Origin: an uncultured virus (IMG/VR IMGVR_UViG_3300021387_000281) | Lineage: Duplodnaviria > Heunggongvirae > Uroviricota > Caudoviricetes > Crassvirales | DNA length: 64,000 bases | Virus record (IMG/VR): IMGVR_UViG_3300021387_000281 | Reading direction: 5' to 3' (one strand) | In this document: in pieces, positions 45,288 to 55,103 of the stretch | Layout: each line of letters opens with the position of its first letter | How positions within the stretch are numbered: the stretch's first letter is position 1 | Translations under genes and position numbers: made by a program | Notes under the pieces: model-generated | What the model was told of the DNA's origin: nothing | What the model saw: the letters and a program-made list of their open reading frames with translations, nothing else | Databases searched by the model: none

Positions 45288-48200
45288 TTAACACATAGGG
45301 TCTTGAAGAGTGTCCTCATCATTATAAGGACTGGGAGCAGCAACATCATCAATACCACTGAAATCACCAAAATCAGGAGGTTCAGGACCATTATAGCTAT
45401 CACTATTATCAACAGCAGGATTGTCATTACTGTCATTATGAGCAATGTCTACACTATTCTCATTAACATTTTTCTCTTGTGGCTGCTGTTGCGGCTGTAC
45501 ATTGTTATATTCGTCAGCCATTTGAGCAACAGACTTATTCATATTGTAGATAGGTCTATAACTGCTGGTAGGATAATCATCAAGTTTGTGATACCTTGCC
45601 TGTGCAGGATTCATATCGTAAGCATCAGAATCCAGCACATAGATATCACCGTCAAATGAGATATAAGGATAGGGCTGTACACCAGTCATACGAGGATTGG
45701 GACTGAGAATAGTGTTGACAAACTTCCTATTCATCTTATAATCATTCATATCAATGACTATATCCTCGTCAATAATGTGTTCATCTCTCTTGATTATACC
45801 ATCCACACTATAAGCGGCATCTTTATTACTCAAAAGGAACTGATAGACGAAATTCTGTTCTTGTTCTTCGGTAAGAGGATTGTCAAGCTGCTGCAGAATA
45901 TCTTTGAAAGCAGGGAACTGAGACAAGAAGTAAGTAGATAACCTTGAAGAGAAAGAGTCGTGAGTAAAATTAAGTCCTGAATCATAGAAGGAATAAAGAA
46001 GCAAGTCTTTAGCCAACTTTTGACCTTCTTCTCCTAAAGAAATCAAAGCATCAAACCTTCTTGAAATAGCATCCTTCTGTCCTTTGGCTAAAGAACCTAC
46101 ATCTCTGAGAACTACTCTGTTACCGTCCCTTTGAAGAATACTACCTATTTGGTCTCTGATAGCATCATTCTCTTGCAGTATCTTAGCAAAGTCATCAGCA
46201 AAAGAATTCAAGTAATAATCCCTCTTTTCCTTCATAGTAGTAACAGTGCCATCAGCATTTGTCTCATCTCCAAAGAGAGGAGAAGAAGAGAGGACATAAG
46301 TAATGTACTGAAGATAGATTCTGTTCACCAAATCCTCAAGACTATCCTTAAAGTTACTATTCTGATTATAGAGAATAGGTTTTACAATAGCATCATCAAA
46401 ATGCTTAGACAGCATAAAGAAGTAAGGAGAGGCCAAATCATTCAGAGAATTGATTCCAAGTCCATACATTGCATGGAGGAATGCCATAGGCTGTGCTTTC
46501 AAGGCTTCTCTGACAGCATCCTCGCCCTTTGATACATCAACAGTCTTGTTGTTGATGACCTCATTAATACGGTAGAATGGGAATTCATTCTGTTCCATCT
46601 GAGCATTAAACAGCTCTACCATGTATTGCTGAACCCTTGCTTTGGCAAAAGAGTTCTGCATAGCACCATTAGGAGAGTCAGCACGGGAAATCATAGTCAG
46701 ACCCTCCATAGCTTTAGCCTGTGTAAGGATTCTGTAGCAAACAGCATCAATAGCTTGTTGCTCTGTAGCAGAAACACTGAAAGGATTCAAAATTGCTTTT
46801 ATAAGAGTTTTTGTATTAAGTTCTCCTACAGGAACCTTTTTAATTCCAGGATACTGTTTCTCCATTTTGCTGGCATCAAAATTACAATCCTTCATTGCAG
46901 GCTGGTTGATAAGAAGAACAGCTTCCTCATGAGTTAACCCTAAACGAAGCATATAACCAATGATAGGAGCAGTCTTAGAAGTAGAACCAGCATCAGAAAG
47001 GTTAGGGTCTTTACCATTATCGGCAGATGCACCAATCATTTCACCTACTCTCTTCAGACGCTTACCATCTTCAGAAGCATCAACATCATTAATAGTACGG
47101 CCATTTATCTTGAATTGCTGATTTGGTCTAAGTAGAATCTTTGCTCTCTGATACTTAGCAGCCATAGAGCCTTGAATAGCATAGATACCAATTTGGTTAT
47201 CACCTGCCATATTGCGAGCATGAGAATGAGCAAAGGTCTGAGGATAGATAGGAGACTCAGTAGCACTGTAGCGCTTAATAAAATCTTCTCTTTCTTTAAG
47301 AGATGAATTAAGAAGGAAGTCAACAACATCATCTTTCTCGGCTACAGTAGCTTCAATATAAGCATTGATGATTTGTTCATCAGACATGCTGGAAAGAGTC
47401 TTCCTTATTTCATCAAGACGGCTAGCATCAATCTCCTTATACTTCTCTAAGAACATCTGCTTAATTTGCTCAGCAGAAGGGGTTACTTCAGAAACTCCCT
47501 GAGCATAGTTTTTCAGCAGCTGTTCTTTTAGAACAGGATCATTGATAATCCTATTCAGTTTTGCAGCTGCCTTAAAGTTGTCGTATCCCTGGGGATTAAG
47601 AAGAGATTCATTACCAGCTTCAGAAGTAAGAATGCCATAAATCATCTGAATAAGCATATTGTTACGTGCTTTTCTTCCATTCTCTTTGGGAGATTTAGAG
47701 AAATCATACTCAACACGCTTAATAATAGGCTTATCAAGAAGGTATTCATCCTTATGCTCATTGAACCACTCTCTGAAATTTTGACTGGGCACCTCCTCAA
47801 TATCCAAATCATTAATGTTGGCCTTGCCTAAAGCATTGATTACCTCTTGGGCTGCTTGATGCTCTATTCTTGCATAGGCTTTAAGAGCCTTGTCCATGTC
47901 ATAGTTCTGAATATAGAACTCAGAAAGCATGATAAACATTTTATCAACATCGAAGTCAGAACCAGCAAGTGCTGTAATCTCTGCGGGAAGAATGATACAG
48001 GAACCATTCTGAAGAGGAGTAAAGCCCTCAATGATAAGAGGGAGCATAGAAGACTTATTCTCAGTAGGAATACGATAACCAATAGCCTTATCAAGACCAG
48101 CCTCTTTCAGCTTCTCTGGATTGAGAACCATTTTCTTCTGGCCATTAATGATTCGTTCTTCAAGGAAAGGCTTAAAGAACCTTTCCGAGGTAAGAGGCAT

Positions 48201-51200
48201 CAAACATTGTGCTCCAACAATATTACCTTCAGCATCTTTGACAAGTCTAAGATTTGTATCCAGACCAATACCTGCAGCCTGGATGAGAGCGGCGCCATTG
48301 ATTCTCTGCTTGGTAATACGATTCTTAAAGAGAGAAGTAACCAACTCCTGCATAAGAGTAAACATTGTAGGAGAGTTAGGAGAGAGAACAAAGTTGCCAT
48401 CGCTGTCAGTTCTGAGAGCATCAACAAAGTCCTTGCCATACTTAGGATTGCCTCTGACAATATCAGTGACTGCCTCACAGAAAGCCTCCTTAGAAGCAAA
48501 GACATCCTTCAGACCTTTCTTATTGCCCTTACCAAAGAAATCCTCAATCAGATTTTCATCGAGAAGTTCATAGTAGAAATCGACCACAGCATCTTTACCT
48601 TTCAGAGTAATAGTTTTACCTTTTACTTGAAGGGTAAGTTGGAAATCATCAGGCAGGTCAGCCACAGAAATATTACGAGCCTGAGAACCAAAAGTGGCTT
48701 CAGCATCAATATGGTGCTCTGGAGTAGGCTGTGCCTGATAATAGTTATCAAATGGGATTGTGTGTACTACTTCGGGATTGATAACTTGGGAACCATCCTC
48801 ATTGGTAATGAGAGCACTTTGCTCAAGCATACTGATAATCTCGTCCTTAGTAGGACGCAAGTAAGCAATAGTCTTATTATAATCCTCCTGAGAAATTTTT
48901 TGTGCATCCAGTAATTCATCAAGCTGCTCTTTAATTGCTCTATAGTTAGCTTCTGCATTACTAAGAGTATTAGGACTATTGGGAATAAATAGAACCTCTT
49001 CACCATTGATAGTCAAACCTTCATCAATGGCTCTGATAACCTTATTGGGATTGAAGTTAATATTGATGACACCCTGATTACCTACCTTACCAGCAGACTC
49101 AAACTGAGCCATGTGTATAAGATAGTTACCATCAGTATCCTTTCTATCCATAAACTCAGAGAGAGCTTCATAGACAGGAGAATGAAGGTCATTGGTAATC
49201 AGACTGTACATCATCAGCGCACAAATCTCAGAGTTCTTATGCTGCTGAGGAACAGGAATCACACCACCAAAGCCATCATTTCTGTCAATGACAGTGTAGA
49301 CAAAAGGCTTAATGGTCTGGTAGATAACATCAAAGTCCTCTCTGCTCCATGTACCATTCTTAAAATGCTCAAGAGCTTCTTCAGACCTTTCATCCCATCT
49401 GCCCATCATATCCATGACAGACCTAAAGGAGTGCATGGCTCTGATAGCTTGAGCATCAGCTACATTTACCTCTTTGAAAATATTGAGAATATGCTTCTTA
49501 TCTTCTGCAGACAGCTTTGTAGAGTCATTGATTATTTTAGCAATATCAGTATAAGAAGGAGATGTAATAATATCATCAGTAAGAATAATGACATTCTCAG
49601 TCTTTTGTCCATAGCGAGAATTGGTGTTTAGCTGAATACCTCCAGCATACACTTCTTTGAATCGCTTTTGGAAATCAACATCAGACTTATAGAAAGCAAG
49701 GTCAATGGTAGTGAATTGAATAATAGAAGCATTGGCATACTCCATATTCATATAGCTACGCAAGAAAGCTTCAGGATCAATCTCATCAGTGTATTCACCA
49801 CGGAATTCATCAAGATATTCCTGTGCTTTCTGTGTCATTACCTGCATGATGGCATTTCTCTTAATGTCATCTATCTCTTGAGCAGTATAATTCCTGTGAT
49901 TACCATTTTCATCTTTTCCTTCCTTCATTCTATTGAGAACATCAAGAAGAGTCTCGCCATTCTCAAAAGTGAAAGTATTTAATTCAGGAATAAAGCAGAA
50001 TTGTCTACCACGCTTACCATCAAAGTTTGCTATCTCTTTAACTTCTCCTCTTTCTATAGCCTGTGCTCTCTCATTAACATATTTAATTCTCCATAACTCC
50101 TGGTCAACGAGGTCAACAAGGGCATCAAGAACTTCAGAGGAACTCATTACAGGGCCTTTGACAGTCATTGACATTGGAGAATCAGAGAAGATGGGGGCCA
50201 AATAGTAAGCATAGGCAGCATCGTCTTTGTAACTTCTATTCTGCACTAGCCACACATCATCAGGAGTCCATTTAGAGTAATCCCTTACTTTGGTATTCTC
50301 ATCGTACTCAGTGATGTTGTTAATGTTTCTATAAGGAAGCTCGTTAGTTATATCCTGAGCATTATAGAGATGTTCAAGCCAACGGTTTCTCCATGTATTA
50401 GTCTTGTGGTTGTAGAACCACTCATACTTCATGAAATGTTCTTCAATGAACTTGCGACGTTCATCTCTGTCAGGATTATAGAGACCTCTGAAAATCTTCT
50501 GAAGATAGTTATCGGCAGAATAGCTATAACGGGTTTTCTTGGAAGCAGAATCATAGAAAGACTGCATATAGCTTTCATCAGTAATTACTCCACGCCCTTC
50601 AAAGAATTTATTCCACACTTTTTCACCTCCTACATACTGAAGGTCTACAAGATAGTTGAAGTTAGCAGCATTCTCGTCAGATATTTTGGAAACAGTGTCA
50701 GCTACATAGTAAAGGTCTTTCATCATATCAGTGAAAGCCTGTCCATTTTCAGTTTGAGCAAGTATAGCAATAACATTCTCCCTGTTAGAAGAAATACCAA
50801 AGGACTGCAGAATAAATACTGCTTGGTCTACAAATTTATTGAAGTCGTCAATATCTTCCTGCTCAAGAATAGTATCCTCTGAGGAACTATCTCTATACAA
50901 AGAGTAAGCATGGCTTACATTATCCCCATCAATTATTTCTTGAATAAAATCCTTCAGGTCCTCTGCATGCTCACGGTTGATAGTGGTGTCTGTATTATAG
51001 ATACCAGTATCAGTAAGAACAATACCGTTATTAAAGTTGGCTGCAAGCTTGTCTTTTTGACATCTTACTTCCATCTCTGTATTTAAAGGAGTGATACCAA
51101 ACTTACCCTCACCTACCTGAATTTTAGCATAAGGAATAAATACTTTTCTAAAATTAGTGTAGAACTGTGAAGCCATAGCTCCATAAGTAGAAGGATAAGC

Positions 51201-54200
51201 AATACAAGTGTTCCACTCCGCATCAAGATAGTCATCAGTAAGACGATTGATAATCTGCTCTACCCAAGGGTACTGACTCCTCATCTTCTCTAGTACAGGG
51301 AATGTGGGATAGCCATAGGGATAGAGTTCCTGAGTTACCTCATTGCCATAATGGTCATAAATGTCTTCATAATCATCGGGCTTTATTACCTGCATGAAGT
51401 CATCAGGATTCTGCATATTTTTAGCCAGATAAGAAAGCAGAGTAGCATATACCTGACCGCTGGAGTATTTACGAGTATGACCTAAATCATCAGCATCCTC
51501 ACGGCTTCTCTTAATGTTATAGAGCATTCTTCTTACTTTTTTAGAAAGAGAAGCAGCAGGGTCTTCAAATCTTGCTTGGAAGAGCCAACCATCATTACCA
51601 CTTACAATATGACCAGTTTCATCATTACCATCATTTTCTTCTTCATTGACTACATCGTCAGGAGATTTTTCAACCATTTGCAAGCCTATGATGCGAATGC
51701 CTTCCTGCTCTTCAATCTCAAGAGAAGCCTGATTATTGAACAATTCTTTAAAGAAATCAAGAGTATTCTGCCACAGTTGCTTTTTTACACCATCATAACT
51801 ATTGACTTTCCTTCTAATCTTATCTTTAATTTGGTCAAGGATGTTACCAATTTGAATCTTATTGGCAGCATACTGCCGACCATTGATAGGATCACGGAGG
51901 AGGTTTCTTATTTTCCGTGCTTCTTCTTTTTCTTCAGCAGTAGCATCGTCATCTTCAATAATATCATTTAGCCTGTCAAGCTCATCAAGGATATAATCAT
52001 CAATGATGTCAGAGAAATAATCAGCAATCATAGTGCCTCTGTCCTTGATTTGTTGAGGAGTGAAAGTCTGATAGAACTGAGTAATTCTGTTCTCTGTTAC
52101 TTTCAGTGCCGACTCAAAGGCATTAGACCGAGGTCTTTCTGCTTTTGGTTTAGGAGTATTCTTTTCCTCATACTTCCTTTGAGCTTCTGCCTGCTGTTCA
52201 GCTGTAGGAGCAGTACCAAATGTAGTAGCACTTGCAGCCAACGATGCAGCTTCAGAAGCTTGCGAAGAAGCTTGGGCATGTTGTTTAGGCACAGCAATAT
52301 AAGGCCAACCCTGAGAGGTATTAGCATCAGTATTTTTAACTACACTAATATATTTAGCCAATTCACGATAATCATCATCAGAGAGTTCTTCTCCTCCCAT
52401 AAAGTGATTATTCAATTTATCATCAAGCTTCTTAGGCACTCCAGGGAAATCATCGGTAATAAGCCTGCCACCTCCTTCATAATAACCTGCAAGAGTTTCT
52501 ATGCCTTGTTTAAAGCGATGGTCTATGGTAGATGTAGGTTGCTGCTGAGAAGCTTTCCTCAACTCATCTCTTACTTCCATAAGAAGTCTTGGGAATTCAG
52601 TACCCCATTTACCTTTATCTTGAGTATGAGTAAGAGTAGCAGTACCTGTAGCAAGAAGTCTTTGAAGGGCTTGAGGGTTTTGTTTAAAAGATTCTGTCAA
52701 CCCTTTCTTCATAATATAATTAGAATTATTCTCAGAATCCCATTTTTTACTATCAAATCCTTCTATATGAGATTTTCCCAATGCCCTTAGCCTACTACCA
52801 TCAGTAGTATTCATTATTTCTCTTAACAACTTCTCATTTTCAGGAGTTTCAGAGCCAAACATCACTTTCGATGCTTGAAAGAACTGCTCTACTGATTTAA
52901 ATTCTACGGGGCCTTCCCCTATCCAAGCAACAGTATCACTATTTTCAATTTTAAAAGGTCTGTATGCAAAATTACTTAAATCAGCATTTTCACCAGTACC
53001 AGCATAGATGTTAATTTTAGTTTCTGGGCCAGGAAGGTTTTGAGTGTTAGCAGCACTATTATCACCAGAAAGAAGATTTCTATTAGTCTGAATATTTCCA
53101 CCAGAATTAAGGAGAATATCCTCAAGGATTTCTCCACTACGCTTATAGGTCTCTGTTACGCCTTTAGGAAGAAGGCTCTTAATCCATTCTAACAGTTTGC
53201 TAATAATGGATTTTTTATCAGACCTCTTACCGAAAGTATTCTCATCATTCAGTTCTGAGATAAACTCACTATTAGTGAAGAACTCCGCAGCAAACTCATC
53301 AAGATTACTAAGACCATAAAGCCTGCCTCTTCTAAGATTCTCCGGCAACTCTTCAAAGGTATTGACATTATACTTTTTGAGAATTTTCTCTCTTGCTTCC
53401 TCAAAGATGCTATTCAGTTCCTCCCTATGCTTGGCTGTATTGAGAGAATTGGCTACAATAGCATGAATTATCTCATGAAGAATGCTATTATCAACTTTAC
53501 CATCCTTACCCTTGAAAGTAGCATTTCTGTTAATGTAAATGGTATTTTCAATAGTATCATAGAATCCTGCATATCCTTTAGACTGTGAGTTAGGAACAAG
53601 TTTGACTTTAATATTACCAATCTCACCAATATTATCTAAGAGAGTTTTTATGAAATCATTGAATGGAGAATCATTTTGCAGTAAGTTATTTAATATCTCA
53701 GAAACAGTTGCTTCTGTTTTACCGCCAAATTTTTTATTTAAATCGGGGTCCGAAGATTCTAAAGAGTCATAGGCTTCTCTTGATGCAACTTCATCAGCTA
53801 TTTCTCCCATTAGCTCTGCAGGGATTTCCTCATAGGCTTGAGGGCTAGCAAGGATACTGTTACTATCAATAGAGAATTCACCATTGTTATCAACAGCCGA
53901 TTTGATTTGGTTAGGAGACGTAACCCACACTTGTCTTTTAACTCCATCTTTAAATACAATAGGTTCTCCTTCCCACTCTTCTCTAGTAAGATAAATCATT
54001 CCATCATTAAAGCCAGAAGCAATAGCTTTTTTCATCACCTCATTAAACCTGGCAACATCTCCCTTTTGTTTAAAATATTCTGAAATTATTTCATGTACGT
54101 TATATAAATGAGGAGAAAGTCCAAGTTGTTCACTTAGTGCATTTTTTTCATCTAATTTCTCATAAATAGCATTGTATTCTTCCTCTGTTAGTATTGTCCC

Positions 54201-54923
54201 AAACTGTTCAAATAAAACGGCATTAGCTTCTGCTCTAGTTGTTGGTTCTGAGTTTTTGTATGGGTTTCTTATATTTAGAAATACTGCGTATGTTTTTGGA
54301 GTTTTTGTTCCTTCATTAAATGTGCCAGTAGTATAACTATCCGCCCACCATTTTACAGAAGAAAAGAATATTTCACCAGGACGAGTTCTATCTCCTGTAT
54401 TAGGTGATAGTGGGTTAAATACATTAAAATTTCCCCAAGGAGTTCCGTGATACATTATTTTTGGCTCGCCATTCTCATCTACTACTTTAGAAGCTTCACT
54501 AGGATTATTTTCCCAATTACCAAACCAATCTTTAAATGCTTTAGTTCTAACTTGTAACCACTGTCTTTCATTAAGATTGGTAGGCTTACCATTAGGAGCC
54601 CTCATGAAAGTACCATTGGCAATAGCTCTGGCTTTGATGTCTTGCATCTCTTGCTCAATAGCTCTTTGTCTTTCTTCTGCTTTCAAATCCCTAAGGAAAG
54701 ACATTCCTTCTTTATTACGCAGCTTCTCAATGAAATTCACCAAGGACTTCATTGTGGGAACATCATCAGGATTCTTTGAATTGGCATCATTGTATAGACC
54801 AATCCACTCAGCACACATTTGGTCAGAGAAGTTATTTCTCTGAGATGCTTCAGGATACTCTTGCTTGATTTTGTTTGCCAATTCCTGTATCTTAGGAGTT
54901 GGATAAAGACACATTTTGCTCAT
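45288..54923 (-). CDS. virion DNA-dependent RNA polymerase (crAss-type) with N-terminal ART-like, zincin and NADAR-like domains
   Basis: 3211 aa; IGYRIPTE...LPAEITALAGSDFDVDKMF catalytic DxDxD motif (~47945-47960), ASADNGKDP; accessory motifs YHGT, HEIIH, LSNF/SVEQFFQASK. Confidence 0.9.
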   Translation of the reverse strand: MSKMCLYPTPKIQELANKIKQEYPEASQRNNFSDQMCAEWIGLYNDANSKNPDDVPTMKSLVNFIEKLRNKEGMSFLRDLKAEERQRAIEQEMQDIKARAIANGTFMRAPNGKPTNLNERQWLQVRTKAFKDWFGNWENNPSEASKVVDENGEPKIMYHGTPWGNFNVFNPLSPNTGDRTRPGEIFFSSVKWWADSYTTGTFNEGTKTPKTYAVFLNIRNPYKNSEPTTRAEANAVLFEQFGTILTEEEYNAIYEKLDEKNALSEQLGLSPHLYNVHEIISEYFKQKGDVARFNEVMKKAIASGFNDGMIYLTREEWEGEPIVFKDGVKRQVWVTSPNQIKSAVDNNGEFSIDSNSILASPQAYEEIPAELMGEIADEVASREAYDSLESSDPDLNKKFGGKTEATVSEILNNLLQNDSPFNDFIKTLLDNIGEIGNIKVKLVPNSQSKGYAGFYDTIENTIYINRNATFKGKDGKVDNSILHEIIHAIVANSLNTAKHREELNSIFEEAREKILKKYNVNTFEELPENLRRGRLYGLSNLDEFAAEFFTNSEFISELNDENTFGKRSDKKSIISKLLEWIKSLLPKGVTETYKRSGEILEDILLNSGGNIQTNRNLLSGDNSAANTQNLPGPETKINIYAGTGENADLSNFAYRPFKIENSDTVAWIGEGPVEFKSVEQFFQASKVMFGSETPENEKLLREIMNTTDGSRLRALGKSHIEGFDSKKWDSENNSNYIMKKGLTESFKQNPQALQRLLATGTATLTHTQDKGKWGTEFPRLLMEVRDELRKASQQQPTSTIDHRFKQGIETLAGYYEGGGRLITDDFPGVPKKLDDKLNNHFMGGEELSDDDYRELAKYISVVKNTDANTSQGWPYIAVPKQHAQASSQASEAASLAASATTFGTAPTAEQQAEAQRKYEEKNTPKPKAERPRSNAFESALKVTENRITQFYQTFTPQQIKDRGTMIADYFSDIIDDYILDELDRLNDIIEDDDATAEEKEEARKIRNLLRDPINGRQYAANKIQIGNILDQIKDKIRRKVNSYDGVKKQLWQNTLDFFKELFNNQASLEIEEQEGIRIIGLQMVEKSPDDVVNEEENDGNDETGHIVSGNDGWLFQARFEDPAASLSKKVRRMLYNIKRSREDADDLGHTRKYSSGQVYATLLSYLAKNMQNPDDFMQVIKPDDYEDIYDHYGNEVTQELYPYGYPTFPVLEKMRSQYPWVEQIINRLTDDYLDAEWNTCIAYPSTYGAMASQFYTNFRKVFIPYAKIQVGEGKFGITPLNTEMEVRCQKDKLAANFNNGIVLTDTGIYNTDTTINREHAEDLKDFIQEIIDGDNVSHAYSLYRDSSSEDTILEQEDIDDFNKFVDQAVFILQSFGISSNRENVIAILAQTENGQAFTDMMKDLYYVADTVSKISDENAANFNYLVDLQYVGGEKVWNKFFEGRGVITDESYMQSFYDSASKKTRYSYSADNYLQKIFRGLYNPDRDERRKFIEEHFMKYEWFYNHKTNTWRNRWLEHLYNAQDITNELPYRNINNITEYDENTKVRDYSKWTPDDVWLVQNRSYKDDAAYAYYLAPIFSDSPMSMTVKGPVMSSSEVLDALVDLVDQELWRIKYVNERAQAIERGEVKEIANFDGKRGRQFCFIPELNTFTFENGETLLDVLNRMKEGKDENGNHRNYTAQEIDDIKRNAIMQVMTQKAQEYLDEFRGEYTDEIDPEAFLRSYMNMEYANASIIQFTTIDLAFYKSDVDFQKRFKEVYAGGIQLNTNSRYGQKTENVIILTDDIITSPSYTDIAKIINDSTKLSAEDKKHILNIFKEVNVADAQAIRAMHSFRSVMDMMGRWDERSEEALEHFKNGTWSREDFDVIYQTIKPFVYTVIDRNDGFGGVIPVPQQHKNSEICALMMYSLITNDLHSPVYEALSEFMDRKDTDGNYLIHMAQFESAGKVGNQGVININFNPNKVIRAIDEGLTINGEEVLFIPNSPNTLSNAEANYRAIKEQLDELLDAQKISQEDYNKTIAYLRPTKDEIISMLEQSALITNEDGSQVINPEVVHTIPFDNYYQAQPTPEHHIDAEATFGSQARNISVADLPDDFQLTLQVKGKTITLKGKDAVVDFYYELLDENLIEDFFGKGNKKGLKDVFASKEAFCEAVTDIVRGNPKYGKDFVDALRTDSDGNFVLSPNSPTMFTLMQELVTSLFKNRITKQRINGAALIQAAGIGLDTNLRLVKDAEGNIVGAQCLMPLTSERFFKPFLEERIINGQKKMVLNPEKLKEAGLDKAIGYRIPTENKSSMLPLIIEGFTPLQNGSCIILPAEITALAGSDFDVDKMFIMLSEFYIQNYDMDKALKAYARIEHQAAQEVINALGKANINDLDIEEVPSQNFREWFNEHKDEYLLDKPIIKRVEYDFSKSPKENGRKARNNMLIQMIYGILTSEAGNESLLNPQGYDNFKAAAKLNRIINDPVLKEQLLKNYAQGVSEVTPSAEQIKQMFLEKYKEIDASRLDEIRKTLSSMSDEQIINAYIEATVAEKDDVVDFLLNSSLKEREDFIKRYSATESPIYPQTFAHSHARNMAGDNQIGIYAIQGSMAAKYQRAKILLRPNQQFKINGRTINDVDASEDGKRLKRVGEMIGASADNGKDPNLSDAGSTSKTAPIIGYMLRLGLTHEEAVLLINQPAMKDCNFDASKMEKQYPGIKKVPVGELNTKTLIKAILNPFSVSATEQQAIDAVCYRILTQAKAMEGLTMISRADSPNGAMQNSFAKARVQQYMVELFNAQMEQNEFPFYRINEVINNKTVDVSKGEDAVREALKAQPMAFLHAMYGLGINSLNDLASPYFFMLSKHFDDAIVKPILYNQNSNFKDSLEDLVNRIYLQYITYVLSSSPLFGDETNADGTVTTMKEKRDYYLNSFADDFAKILQENDAIRDQIGSILQRDGNRVVLRDVGSLAKGQKDAISRRFDALISLGEEGQKLAKDLLLYSFYDSGLNFTHDSFSSRLSTYFLSQFPAFKDILQQLDNPLTEEQEQNFVYQFLLSNKDAAYSVDGIIKRDEHIIDEDIVIDMNDYKMNRKFVNTILSPNPRMTGVQPYPYISFDGDIYVLDSDAYDMNPAQARYHKLDDYPTSSYRPIYNMNKSVAQMADEYNNVQPQQQPQEKNVNENSVDIAHNDSNDNPAVDNSDSYNGPEPPDFGDFSGIDDVAAPSPYNDEDTLQDPMC

Positions 54924-54952
54924 ATCTTAATAAAATATTTATATTTTTGGTA

Positions 54953-54983
54953 CAAAGATACTGAGAATAAAAAGGGCTACAAA
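54953..54983 (-). promoter_or_regulatory. Bacteroidota-type promoter for the RNAP operon
   Basis: On the - strand: TTTG (54983-54980), 19-nt spacer, TATCTTTG (54960-54953). Confidence 0.65.
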
Positions 54984-55016
54984 ACAGGTAAATAAAAGAG
55001 CTAACTGGTTATTAGT

Positions 55017-55063
55017 AAAAAAAATCCCTCCTCCCATCAGGGTAAACCTGACAGAAGAAGGGA
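55017..55063 (-). terminator. intrinsic terminator ending the early/middle operon
   Basis: - strand TCCCTTCTTCTGTCAGG-TTTA-CCCTGATGGGAGGAGGGA followed by T8. Confidence 0.8.
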
Positions 55064-55103
55064 AATCAATTATGACACTATAAAAACAACAACAATAAAG
55101 GAC

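Noticed and set aside
47847..52790. + strand ORFs (355, 246 aa and others) inside the RNAP gene
   Set aside because: Antisense shadows of the 3211-aa gene.
6691..54923. Introns, inteins or a diversity-generating retroelement in terL, capsid or RNAP genes
   Set aside because: The genes are uninterrupted, and I saw no intein splice motifs, homing-endonuclease ORFs, reverse transcriptase or template/variable repeat pair.
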